32,000 bases of DNA from Acetatifactor sp. (GCA_016290775.1 JAEEVF010000006.1:51990-83989); one strand, 5' to 3'; positions 9,420 through 18,188 are shown, counted from the stretch's first letter. Made by a program: numbers and translations. Notes: generated from the sequence alone by a model not told the origin.

Positions 9420-9686
9420 ATGGCTTTTACTAAGACCGCAGAGAAGTCCGATTCCCCTATGAGAAGAAAGGGCGGGATCCGCAGAAGAAAAAAGGTTTGT
9501 GTATTTTGTGGTAAGGACAACGTGATTGATTACAAGGACGCAAATAAGCTTAAGAGATACGTATCCGAGAGAGGTAAGATCCTTCCTCGTCGCATCACCG
9601 GCAACTGCGCTAAGCACCAGAGAGCTCTGACCGTAGCGATCAAGAGAGCTCGTCACCTGGCAATCATGCCTTACGTTCAGGATTAA
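9420..9686 (+). CDS. rpsR: 30S ribosomal protein S18
   Basis: Contains KVCVFC...IDYKD...[18 protein letters not shown]...KHQR, diagnostic of S18. AAAGGAGG SD. Confidence 0.95.
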   Translation: MAFTKTAEKSDSPMRRKGGIRRRKKVCVFCGKDNVIDYKDANKLKRYVSERGKILPRRITGNCAKHQRALTVAIKRARHLAIMPYVQD

Positions 9687-9717
9687 TTTCCGGCGAAGGT
9701 ACAACGTCAAGAATAAG

Positions 9718-9758
9718 GCACCTTCTGAAGCAACGAACTTCAGAAGGTGTTTTCTTTT
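9718..9758 (+). terminator. Intrinsic terminator after rpsR
   Basis: GCACCTTCTGAAG-caacgaa-CTTCAGAAGGTG followed by TTTTCTTTT. Confidence 0.75.
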
Positions 9759-9760
9759 CC

Positions 9761-9789
9761 TTGCATTTGCCATGTGCGTCATGTATAAT
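9761..9789 (+). promoter_or_regulatory. Candidate sigma-A promoter (extended -10) for the MetRS-like gene
   Basis: TTGCAT (9761-9766), 17 nt, TG-n-TATAAT (9782-9789). The leader to ATG 9840 is only ~45 nt. Confidence 0.5.
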
Positions 9790-9839
9790 TTTTTACAATG
9801 ACGGTTTTATATTTCGTCGACCTGAAAGGAAGAAAAGAG

Positions 9840-11813
9840 ATGTACGATAAAAGATTAAGACCTGACGAAAGGCCTGTGTTTCCAAAGCGCTGCGTGATCA
9901 CGGGCGGCATGCCTTACGGCAATAAGGAGCTGCATTTTGGTCACGTGGGCGGTATGTTTGTGCATGCGGACGTGTTCGCAAGGTTCATGCGCGATCGCAT
10001 CGGCAAGGAGAATGTGATCTTTGTGTCCGGAACGGACTGCTATGGTTCTCCGGCGTTGGAGAGCTACCGCAAGCTCAAGGAAGCAGGTTATCAGGACACG
10101 ATCGAGAATTACGTGCGCTCCAACCATGAAAAGCAAAAGGAGACGCTGAATGCATATAAGATCAGCCTGAATTACTTTGGTGCTTCCGCACTTGGCGAGG
10201 CAGGCAAGATCCATTCCAAGACCTCCGCGGAGATCTTTAACAGGCTGTATGAGGCGGGCGCGTTGGAGAAGCTTTCCACGCCGCAATTCTTTGATGAGGA
10301 GCTTGGCGTGTTCCTAAACGGCAGACAGGTGGTCGGCCGTTGTCCCATCGAGGGCTGTACCAGTGAGAAGGCATATGCGGACGAGTGTTCCCTTGGGCAT
10401 CAGTACATGCCCAGCGAACTGATCGACCCCGTCAGCGTGCTTTCCGGGAAAAAACCGACCTTTGTCAACGTGACGAACTGGTATTACAAGCTTGAGGATG
10501 ACATTGATTACTTAAAGGGCTGCATTAACGACCTTCGTGCGAACACCAACCGCAGGAAGTTTGAAATGCTGATCATCGACGAGTTTTTGAACAAGCCCGC
10601 CGTGCACGTTCCGAAGAAATATCTTGAGTGCATGGACGCGGACGCGCTTCTTGCAAAGTTCCCGGAGCATGAGCTTGTGGACGAGGAAAAGCGCAAGTCC
10701 CTGCTTTGCATCTTCAAGTCTTTGGACGACAGAGACCTTGCGAGAAAGGTGCTTGAGGAGGCCGGGGTGCATTACACCGCGGGCAAGACGCTTGTGCCCT
10801 TCCGCCTGTCCGGCAACGTGGAATGGGGCGTTCCCGTGCCTGAAAAAGAGGGCGAAAAGGACCTGACCTTCTGGGTATGGCCGGAGTCTCTCTGGGCGCC
10901 GATCTCCTTTACGAAGGCATATCTTGCCGCACAAGGTGCGGATGAGGACGAGTGGCAGAAGTGGTGGAACGACGAGGATTCGTTTGTATATCAATTCATC
11001 GGCGAGGACAACATTTACTTTTATTCCATCGCTGAGATGGGGATCTTCAATGCCCTCGGCAACGTAAGGCCCCCGCATATCATTCCGAACCGTCACATTC
11101 TCTTCATGGACACGAAGGCAAGCTCGAGCTCGGAGATCAAGCCTCCGATGGCGGCAGAGCTCCTTTCGCATTATTCCGTGGACCAGCTGCGCATGCACTT
11201 TATCAGCCTTGGGCTTTCCAACAAGAGCACGGGCTTTAAGCCGCAGGTATATCTCCCCGAAGACCAGCGTGAGGGCACGGACCCCGTGGTGAAGGAGGGC
11301 AACCTTCTGACCAACGTTTACAATCGCCTGATCCGCTCCTGCTTTTATTCCACCCAGGCTTCCTTTGACGGCGTGCTTCCGGTGGGCGAAGTTTCGGAGC
11401 GTATGAAGGCCCTTGCCGAAAAGAACGTGCTGGATTATGAAAGACACATGTACAATCATGATTTCCACAGGATTTCCTATACTCTCGATGACTATATCCG
11501 CGAGGTGAACAAGAACTGGGCCGCGGTGAGCCGTGAAGCAGACAAGACGGGAGATTTGGAGATGAAGCGTCAGCTCCTCATCGACACTTGGTATTCCTGC
11601 AAAGTCATGGCCGTTTTGTTCCATCCGATCGCACCGGACGGATGTGAGATGTTCCGCGAGTACCTAAACCTGGACGAGAGCCTTTGGAACTGGGATCTGA
11701 TCCTGGCGCCGCTGTCGGCTTACGTTCCGGACCTTGCGTCGCATAAGGTGAAATTCCTTGAGCCGCGCGTGGACTTTTTCAAGAAACCCGAATGGCAGTT
11801 TGAGAAAGAATGA
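9840..11813 (+). CDS. metG: Methionyl-tRNA synthetase family protein (class I aaRS), divergent: KMSKS is replaced by KASSS and there is no C-terminal Trbp111/EMAP domain
   Basis: MPYGNKELHFGH is the MetRS-type P-Y-x-N-x-x-x-H-x-G-H HIGH region. A zinc-knuckle-like segment CPIEGCTSEKAYADECSLGH is present. FWVWPESLWAPISF and QFIGEDNIYFYS match the MetRS YVWxDA and HFIGKDI blocks (E. coli MetG recalled from memory). The KMSKS position reads TKASSSSE. The start is set at MYDKRL (ATG 9840) after GAAAGGAAG. Confidence 0.75.
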   Translation: MYDKRLRPDERPVFPKRCVITGGMPYGNKELHFGHVGGMFVHADVFARFMRDRIGKENVIFVSGTDCYGSPALESYRKLKEAGYQDTIENYVRSNHEKQKETLNAYKISLNYFGASALGEAGKIHSKTSAEIFNRLYEAGALEKLSTPQFFDEELGVFLNGRQVVGRCPIEGCTSEKAYADECSLGHQYMPSELIDPVSVLSGKKPTFVNVTNWYYKLEDDIDYLKGCINDLRANTNRRKFEMLIIDEFLNKPAVHVPKKYLECMDADALLAKFPEHELVDEEKRKSLLCIFKSLDDRDLARKVLEEAGVHYTAGKTLVPFRLSGNVEWGVPVPEKEGEKDLTFWVWPESLWAPISFTKAYLAAQGADEDEWQKWWNDEDSFVYQFIGEDNIYFYSIAEMGIFNALGNVRPPHIIPNRHILFMDTKASSSSEIKPPMAAELLSHYSVDQLRMHFISLGLSNKSTGFKPQVYLPEDQREGTDPVVKEGNLLTNVYNRLIRSCFYSTQASFDGVLPVGEVSERMKALAEKNVLDYERHMYNHDFHRISYTLDDYIREVNKNWAAVSREADKTGDLEMKRQLLIDTWYSCKVMAVLFHPIAPDGCEMFREYLNLDESLWNWDLILAPLSAYVPDLASHKVKFLEPRVDFFKKPEWQFEKE

Positions 11814-11882
11814 AGCGTTTGACTAAAAGGGGTCTTCGTGATAAAGTAAAGGGTGGTAGATTTTTTGCAAAGGAGCATTGTC

Positions 11883-12959
11883 ATGGCCGAAAAAAAGATC
11901 AAATTTCATTTGCCGGGACTGAGCTTTAACTTCCCGTTGAACATGCTGTTGGTGGACCTTTTGAAGCAGAAGCCGGAGTTTTTCCGCGAGGGCGTGGAGA
12001 TCGGTTCCTTCTTTGGCGAGTTCCCGACCTCTCTGTGGAACGGAGGGCGTTTTTCCTATGGCGTGCAATGCCCGCAGGACATGGTGCGTTATGCCGTAAA
12101 GAGCATTAATGACCTTGGCATTCCCGTACGCTACACCTTCACCAACCCGATCATATTCGAGGAGGATCTGGCGGATCCTTACTGTAATTTCTGCATGCAG
12201 GTGGGTGACAACGGCATGAATGAGGTGATGATCCTTTCGCCCATTCTCGAGAAGTACATCCGCGAGAAGTATCCGAGCTATAAGCACAACAGCTCGACCT
12301 GCAAGGAGATCAAGGACATCAATAAGCTCAACGAGGAGCTGAAGAAGGATTATTATCTTGTGGTGCTCGATCAGAACTTGAACCGTGACATGGATTTCAT
12401 CGCGCAGATCGAGGACAAGGAGCGCATTGAACTTTTGGTGAATTCCTGCTGCGGCCCGAACTGCGCGCGCCGCGCAGAGCATTATCGTTATATCTCCGCG
12501 CAGCAGCGCGTGGTGCTTGCAAACCGCGACATTGTCATGAACGGCAAGGATCCCAAGCAGGTGCTTGACAGCCTTCCGGATTACGTTAAGGACAGGCTCC
12601 CCAAGGATGCGAAGGAAGGGAAATTCTCCGTGGATCCCGCAGGCAGGAAGTTCATTCCGCTGCCCGAGTGGTTCTGCGAATATGGCGAGTACAACACGCC
12701 CTACAGCATTCGTAACAACATCAATTACATTCCGGCCGAGGACGTTTGGGAGAAGTACGTTCCCATGGGCTTTTGTAATTTCAAGATCGAGGGAAGAACA
12801 GGCAACATATTCTCCGTAGTCGACAATTACGTGAATTATATGTGCACGCCGGAAGGTCGCGACGAGGCAAGGTACACGCTTCTTACGCAGCTCAAGGGCC
12901 AAGGGATCATTGGCGTGAACCGCACCTGGTGGGTGAAACCTAGAACTCCTCAAAGATAG
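11883..12959 (+). CDS. Uncharacterised cytoplasmic Cys-containing protein (358 aa), with a faint resemblance to U32-family TIM-barrel proteins
   Basis: AAAGGAG SD before ATG 11883. Coding-like composition, whereas the 376-aa ORF on the opposite strand is R/L/H/V-rich shadow. ELLVNSCCGPNC and FKIEGR recall the Cys segment and the KIEGR motif of U32 proteins. The PROSITE-type U32 signature is not satisfied. Confidence 0.7.
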   Translation: MAEKKIKFHLPGLSFNFPLNMLLVDLLKQKPEFFREGVEIGSFFGEFPTSLWNGGRFSYGVQCPQDMVRYAVKSINDLGIPVRYTFTNPIIFEEDLADPYCNFCMQVGDNGMNEVMILSPILEKYIREKYPSYKHNSSTCKEIKDINKLNEELKKDYYLVVLDQNLNRDMDFIAQIEDKERIELLVNSCCGPNCARRAEHYRYISAQQRVVLANRDIVMNGKDPKQVLDSLPDYVKDRLPKDAKEGKFSVDPAGRKFIPLPEWFCEYGEYNTPYSIRNNINYIPAEDVWEKYVPMGFCNFKIEGRTGNIFSVVDNYVNYMCTPEGRDEARYTLLTQLKGQGIIGVNRTWWVKPRTPQR

Positions 12960-12991
12960 GGGACGAGAGTGGATCCGATGGGAGGAATCCT

Positions 12992-15043
12992 ATGAAGAAA
13001 CGCATTAAATTAAAGGGTCGCATCAAGTTTTTCACAAGCTTTAGCTTTTATCTGGGGGCGCTCCTTGCCGCAGTGGATCTTGCCATCTTTATGATGGACG
13101 TGCGCGCAGGCTTGCTTCTCCTTGGCTTTACCATTTTCTATTTTGGCGTGACCATTGCCTTGTATTTCTACAACAAGCCAGTGATCATGAATGAGCTGGT
13201 GAGCTTTGCGACGGAATATGGCCAGATCCAGCGAAAGCTCCTTCGAGAGCTGGACATTCCTTACGCACTGCTTGATGATGACGGGCGCGTGATCTGGACC
13301 AACGCGGCGTTTGAAAGCGTCGTGCATCAGCCCAAGGGCTTTAATAAGTCCATCACGGCGTTGTTCCCCACGATCACCCGCGACAAGCTGCCGGACGATT
13401 CCGGCCTGGATGAAGCGCAGTACGAGCTCTCCTACGAGGAAGGCGAGTACCTCGCAAAGTTCCGTAAGATCTCTCTGATGGAGACCGCGGAGCACAGCGA
13501 CATCATTGACGTTGATGGCTACAACAGTTATCTGATCGCGGTATATCTTTTCGACGAGACGGCGCTTCGGATCGCGTTGCAGGAGTTGGACGACCAGAGC
13601 CTCGCGGCCGGAATGATCTACCTGGATAACTACGAAGAGGCCTTAGAGAGCGTAGAAGAGGTAAGAAGGTCCCTCCTCACCGCACTCATCGACCGAAAGA
13701 TCAACAAGTATATCGCTTCGCTGGACGGCATCAGCAAGAAGCTGGAGAAAGATAAGTATCTGGTCATCCTTCGAAAGAAGGCGATCACGCAGCTGCAGGA
13801 ATCGCGCTTTGACCTCCTTGAGGAAGTCAAGACCGTGAACATCGGTAACGAGATGGCCGTTACGATCAGTATTGGTATCGGCTTGAATGGTCTCTCCTAC
13901 GCGCAGAATTACGAGTTCAGCCGCAATGCCATTGACCTTGCGTTGGGCCGCGGCGGCGACCAGGCCGTGATCAAGACGCCGGACAGCATCACTTATTACG
14001 GCGGCAAGAGCCAGCAGGTGGAAAAGAACACCCGCGTGAAGGCAAGAGTGAAGGCACACGCCCTTCGCGAGATCATTACCGCAAAGGACCGCGTGCTTGT
14101 CATGGGACACCGCATGCCCGACGTGGACAGCTTTGGTTCGGCGGTCGGCATCTACCGCATCGCGCGTGCACTGGACCGTAAGGCCAACATTGTCCTGACG
14201 GAGTCCACGAGTGCGATCCAGCCTTTGGTGGATCTGTTCAGAAACAATCCGGACTATGATGACGACATGATCATCACCGGTTCGCAGGCGCTTGAACTTG
14301 CGGAATCCAATACGGTGCTTGTGGTCGTGGACGTGAACAAGCCGTCCATCACCGAGTGCCCTGAGCTTCTTCGGTATTGCAAGTCCGTCGTGGTGCTTGA
14401 CCATCACCGCGCAGGCACGGAGACGATCGAGAATGCAACGCTCTCTTACGTGGAGCCTTACGCATCCTCTGCCTGTGAGATGGTATCGGAAGTGCTGCAG
14501 TACATCTCCGACGGCATCAAGATCCGTCCCGAGGAAGCAGACAGCATGTATTCCGGTATCATGGTGGATACCAACAACTTCGTGACCAAGACCGGCGTCC
14601 GTACCTTCGAGGCGGCGGCATATCTAAGGCGCAGCGGCGCGGACGTAACGCGCGTGCGCAAGCTCTTTCGTGAGGATGCGGAAGAATATAAGGCGAGGGC
14701 AGACGCCGTCAGCCAGGCGGAGATCTACCGTCAGGCATTTGCCATTTCCGTATGTACGGCTGAGGACGTGCCAAGTCCCACCGTGATCGGAGCGCAGGCA
14801 GCCAATGAACTCCTGAACATCAAGGGCATCAAGGCAAGCTTTGTGCTCACGGATTATCAGGGCAAGATCTATGTCAGCGCGAGATCCATTGATGAAGTGA
14901 ACGTGCAGATCATCATGGAGCGCATGGGCGGCGGCGGTCACATGAACGTTGCGGCCTGCCAGCTTGAGGGAACGGGCCTCGTGGAGGCGATCGGGTTCTT
15001 AAAGGGCACGCTGGATGAGATGCTTGACAACGGCGAGATTTAA
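12992..15043 (+). CDS. gdpP: Cyclic-di-AMP phosphodiesterase GdpP (2 TM + PAS-like + degenerate GGDEF + DHH/DHHA1)
   Basis: Two N-terminal TM helices. DHH motifs are present: MGHRMPDVDSFGS, VVLDHHR, and GGGH near the C-terminus. Position immediately upstream of rplI-dnaB matches yybT in Bacillus. Confidence 0.9.
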   Translation: MKKRIKLKGRIKFFTSFSFYLGALLAAVDLAIFMMDVRAGLLLLGFTIFYFGVTIALYFYNKPVIMNELVSFATEYGQIQRKLLRELDIPYALLDDDGRVIWTNAAFESVVHQPKGFNKSITALFPTITRDKLPDDSGLDEAQYELSYEEGEYLAKFRKISLMETAEHSDIIDVDGYNSYLIAVYLFDETALRIALQELDDQSLAAGMIYLDNYEEALESVEEVRRSLLTALIDRKINKYIASLDGISKKLEKDKYLVILRKKAITQLQESRFDLLEEVKTVNIGNEMAVTISIGIGLNGLSYAQNYEFSRNAIDLALGRGGDQAVIKTPDSITYYGGKSQQVEKNTRVKARVKAHALREIITAKDRVLVMGHRMPDVDSFGSAVGIYRIARALDRKANIVLTESTSAIQPLVDLFRNNPDYDDDMIITGSQALELAESNTVLVVVDVNKPSITECPELLRYCKSVVVLDHHRAGTETIENATLSYVEPYASSACEMVSEVLQYISDGIKIRPEEADSMYSGIMVDTNNFVTKTGVRTFEAAAYLRRSGADVTRVRKLFREDAEEYKARADAVSQAEIYRQAFAISVCTAEDVPSPTVIGAQAANELLNIKGIKASFVLTDYQGKIYVSARSIDEVNVQIIMERMGGGGHMNVAACQLEGTGLVEAIGFLKGTLDEMLDNGEI

Positions 15044-15072
15044 GGCGAGAGTACAAGAAAGGAAGAACAAAC

Positions 15073-15519
15073 GTGAAGATCATTTTACTAGTAGACGAAA
15101 AGAAGCTTGGGAAGAAGGGTGACATCATCGAGGCCAGCGAAGGCTATGCGAAGAACTACATCATCCCGAAGAAGATCGGCGTGGAAGCGACGCCCAAGAA
15201 TCTGAATGACTTAAAGCTTCACAAGGCAAACGAGGAAAAGAAGGCCAAGGAGCTTTTGGAGCAGGCACAGGCGCTTGCAAAGGATTTAGAGGACAAGCCG
15301 GTGGTCGTAAAGATCAAGGCTGGCGAGGGCGGAAAGGTCTTTGGGTCCGTTTCCACGAAGGAAATCGCGGCAGCAGTGAAAGAGCAGCACGGGATTGAGA
15401 TCGACAAGAAGAAAATCCAGCTTGCTGAGAACTTAAAGAACTTTGGCACTTATGAGGTGTTACTCAAGCTCCATCCTCAGGTAGCGGCAAAGCTTTCCGT
15501 GAAGGTGACGGAAGAGTAG
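15073..15519 (+). CDS. rplI: 50S ribosomal protein L9
   Basis: GTG start after AAAGGAAG. (M)KIILLVDEKKLGKKGDIIEASEGYAKNYIIPKK is the canonical L9 N-terminus. Confidence 0.95.
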   Translation: MKIILLVDEKKLGKKGDIIEASEGYAKNYIIPKKIGVEATPKNLNDLKLHKANEEKKAKELLEQAQALAKDLEDKPVVVKIKAGEGGKVFGSVSTKEIAAAVKEQHGIEIDKKKIQLAENLKNFGTYEVLLKLHPQVAAKLSVKVTEE

Positions 15520-15622
15520 GCGAATAACGGATTGCTTGTCTGGAAGGGTTGGCCGAGGAACGGCGTGGGGACTTTGGGCGGGCAGATTTTGGAACATGTA
15601 GGTTTGGGGAGGAAGCTCTGTC

Positions 15623-16981
15623 ATGGCAGATGAGAACGTGATCAAAAGAACAATGCCGAATAACCTTGCGGCTGAACAGAGCGTGATCGGTGCGATGCTC
15701 CTGGATGCCAATGCCATTACGGCGGCAGCGGACATCCTGACGGGAGAGGATTTTTATAATAAGCAATATGGCGTTTTGTTCGAGGCCATGCTGGAACTCC
15801 GCAATGCGGGCGCACCCGTGGACCCCGTGACACTCCAGGCGAAGCTGACGGAAAAGAACCTTCCTCCGGAGGTTTCGAACCTTGGATTCCTCATCGACAT
15901 GCGCGATGATGCCATCACGCCAGTTCATATCAAGCAGTATGCGAAGATCGTTCATGACAAGTCCGTGCTCCGCAAGATGATCCGCATCAGCGAGGAGATC
16001 GCAAATTCCTGCTATACGGAAAAGGACGGCGTGGACACCATCTTCGAGGAAGCGGAGAAGAATGTCTTCACGCTCGCGCAGCAGCGTAATACGGGCGAAT
16101 TTGTGCCGATCCGGCAGATCGTGAACTCTGCCATGGACAAGATCGACAAGGCGTCCAAAATGAGCGGTTACGTGACGGGAATCGCTACCGGATTCGTTGA
16201 TCTGGATTATCGGACCGCCGGCATGCAGCCCTCAGACCTGGTGCTGATCGCAGCGCGTCCTTCCATGGGAAAGACCGCATTTGCACTGAATATCGCACAG
16301 CACGTCGCATTCAGGCAAAAGATGTGCGTTGCCATTTTCAGTCTGGAAATGAGCAAGGAACAGCTCGTAAATCGTATGTTCTCGCTGGAGTCCAAGGTGG
16401 ATGCGCAAAAGCTCCGTACGGGGCAATTACAGGACAATGAGTGGGAGAGGCTGATCGACAGTGCGGCGGAAATCGGAAAATCCAATCTGATCATCGACGA
16501 TACCCCCAGCATTTCGGTTTCGGAGCTTCGTTCCAAATGTCGGAAATATAAAGCAGAATATGGCCTGTCCATGATCATCATCGACTACCTGCAGCTGATG
16601 AGCGGAAGCGGAAAGAGTGAATCGCATCAGCTCGAGATCGCAGAGATCTCGAAGAGCCTTAAGGCCGTGGCCAGAGAGCTGAACGTGCCGGTGCTTGCAC
16701 TGTCACAGCTTTCCCGAGGCGTGGAAGGTCGTCCGGACCACAGACCCATGCTTTCGGACCTGCGTGATTCAGGTGCCATCGAGCAGGATGCCGATGTGGT
16801 AATGTTCATCTATCGTGATGATTATTATCATCCCGACACGGAGCGAAAGGGAATCTCGGAGATCATCATTGCCAAGCAAAGAAACGGCCCCATTGGAACG
16901 GTGGATCTGGCTTGGCTTCCGGAATATACGAAGTTCGCAAATCTCGACAGGAGACAACAACAGAAGGAAAACAGAGATTAA
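15623..16981 (+). CDS. dnaB: Replicative DNA helicase (DnaB/DnaC family)
   Basis: N-terminus PNNLAAEQSVIGAMLLD, Walker A ARPSMGKTAFALN, Walker B IIIDYLQLM, and ALSQLSR. Confidence 0.95.
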   Translation: MADENVIKRTMPNNLAAEQSVIGAMLLDANAITAAADILTGEDFYNKQYGVLFEAMLELRNAGAPVDPVTLQAKLTEKNLPPEVSNLGFLIDMRDDAITPVHIKQYAKIVHDKSVLRKMIRISEEIANSCYTEKDGVDTIFEEAEKNVFTLAQQRNTGEFVPIRQIVNSAMDKIDKASKMSGYVTGIATGFVDLDYRTAGMQPSDLVLIAARPSMGKTAFALNIAQHVAFRQKMCVAIFSLEMSKEQLVNRMFSLESKVDAQKLRTGQLQDNEWERLIDSAAEIGKSNLIIDDTPSISVSELRSKCRKYKAEYGLSMIIIDYLQLMSGSGKSESHQLEIAEISKSLKAVARELNVPVLALSQLSRGVEGRPDHRPMLSDLRDSGAIEQDADVVMFIYRDDYYHPDTERKGISEIIIAKQRNGPIGTVDLAWLPEYTKFANLDRRQQQKENRD

Positions 16982-16990
16982 GACATGCAA

Positions 16991-17030
16991 AAAAAGAAGG
17001 CATTTCGGTCGGAACCGAAATGCCTTTTGT
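16991..17030. terminator. Bidirectional intrinsic terminator between dnaB and the convergent ferredoxin gene
   Basis: AAGGCATTTCGG-tcggaa-CCGAAATGCCTT, flanked by an A-run upstream (a T-run on the minus strand) and TTGTGTT downstream. Confidence 0.75.
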
Positions 17031-17048
17031 GTTGCGCGCGTTACGGAA

Positions 17049-17219
17049 TTATTCCTCTTCGATCGTACCAACGGGGCACTGACCTGCGCATGCGCCGCAG
17101 CTGATGCACTTATCAGGATCGATCTCAAACTTACCATCGCCCATGCTGATCGCACCAACGGGGCACTGAGCCTCGCAAGCACCACAAGCTACGCAATTAT
17201 CACCAATTTTGAATGCCAT
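17049..17219 (-). CDS. 2x[4Fe-4S] clostridial-type ferredoxin (56 aa)
   Basis: MAFKIGDNCVACGACEAQCP...CISCGACAGQCP contains two CxxCxxCxxxCP motifs. AGGAGGA SD before ATG 17219; the longer ORF-track start at 17300 has no SD. Confidence 0.9.
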   Translation of the reverse strand: MAFKIGDNCVACGACEAQCPVGAISMGDGKFEIDPDKCISCGACAGQCPVGTIEEE

Positions 17220-17308
17220 AATACATATCCTCCTTCTACTCATGCGACAAGCAAATGCTCGTTCATAAATTATAATATTATAAGTTGTTATCAATTTCAA
17301 TAAAAATT

Positions 17309-17324
17309 TGATAAAATTTTATCA
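17309..17324. promoter_or_regulatory. Perfect 16-nt palindrome TGATAAAATTTTATCA overlapping the pflA stop codon, upstream of the ferredoxin promoter region
   Basis: Read directly from the sequence. On the minus strand, TTGAAA-17-TATTAT follows about 10 nt downstream. Half-sites TGATAAA/TTTATCA are Fur/PerR-like, but the spacing is not the canonical 7-1-7. Confidence 0.3.
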
Positions 17325-18089
17325 CTGGTGGGTGATCCCAAGCTCTTCACGACGCTTTTTGATACCGCGAAGGATTGCCGCCTTCTTGTCGAGAAGCTTG
17401 TCCTTATCCATGGGGGGAACGCCCTTTAAGCGGTATTCCATGCCGAGCTTTTCATATTTGCTCTCACCCATGGTGTGGTAGGGCAGTACGTCAAGGGCCT
17501 TTAAGTTGTGGAACTGGCCGATAAAATACCCCAGCTTTTCCAGGTAAAACTCATCGTCGGTAAGGCCGGGAACCACCACGTGACGGATCCACATGTCCAC
17601 GCCCTTCTCGTCGAGATAGGCCGCGAATTTCAGGATGTTCTCATTGGGCTGTAAGCAAAGCTCTTTGTGCTTTTCCGGATCGATATGCTTGATGTCGAGC
17701 ATTACCAGGTCCGTCAAGGTCATGAGCTTGTCAAACTTTTCCATGAGCGGCGCGTTGTTCGGGTTAAAGGCAATGCCGGACGTATCCAGGCAGGTGTGGA
17801 TGCCTTTTGCCTTTGCGAGGGAATATAACTCGATCAGAAAATCAATCTGCATCAGAGGCTCGCCGCCGGTGGTCGTGATGCCGCCGCCGTTTTGATAAAA
17901 AGGCGCGTTGCGCTCATATTGCTCGATGATATAGGATGCCTCCATGGGCGTGCCTGCATTCATTTCCCAGGTGTCGGGATTGTGGCAGTAGGCGCAGCGC
18001 ATGGGGCAGCCCTGAAAGAACACGACAAAGCGTGTGCCGGGGCCGTCTACGGTTCCAAAGCTTTCCAAAGAGTGGATTCTTCCAAGCAT
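17322..18089 (-). CDS. pflA: Pyruvate formate-lyase activating enzyme (radical SAM)
   Basis: MLGRIHSLESFGTVDGPGTRFVVFFQGCPMRCAYCHNPDTW contains the CxxxCxxC radical-SAM cluster motif in the PflA-typical context. Length is 255 aa. Confidence 0.93.
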   Translation of the reverse strand: MLGRIHSLESFGTVDGPGTRFVVFFQGCPMRCAYCHNPDTWEMNAGTPMEASYIIEQYERNAPFYQNGGGITTTGGEPLMQIDFLIELYSLAKAKGIHTCLDTSGIAFNPNNAPLMEKFDKLMTLTDLVMLDIKHIDPEKHKELCLQPNENILKFAAYLDEKGVDMWIRHVVVPGLTDDEFYLEKLGYFIGQFHNLKALDVLPYHTMGESKYEKLGMEYRLKGVPPMDKDKLLDKKAAILRGIKKRREELGITHQ

Positions 18090-18125
18090 GTTGTCCTCAT
18101 TTCCGTGCGTTCTTTACGCACTTTT

Positions 18126-18159
18126 CAAAAACGGCATGGCCCCTAGAGACCATGCCGTC
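18126..18159 (-). terminator. Intrinsic terminator/attenuator after the glycyl-radical mini-gene, upstream of pflA
   Basis: The minus-strand transcript reads ACGGCATGG-tctctagggg-CCATGCCGT-TTTTGAAAAG. Confidence 0.55.
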
Positions 18160-18188
18160 TTGTTTGTTATGCCGGTATTCCTTGAGTA

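Noticed and set aside
9760-9839. T-box leader upstream of the MetRS-like gene
   Set aside because: Only ~45 nt separate the predicted -10 from the start codon. There is no AAxxGGGTGGTACCGCG-like T-box sequence and no terminator/antiterminator pair.
10512-12953. Two long minus-strand ORFs (10512-11624, 370 aa; 11823-12953, 376 aa)
   Set aside because: They lie antisense to the MetRS-like gene and to the 358-aa unknown gene. The plus-strand products have real motifs or SD sites, whereas the minus-strand translations are low-complexity and Arg/Leu/His-rich.
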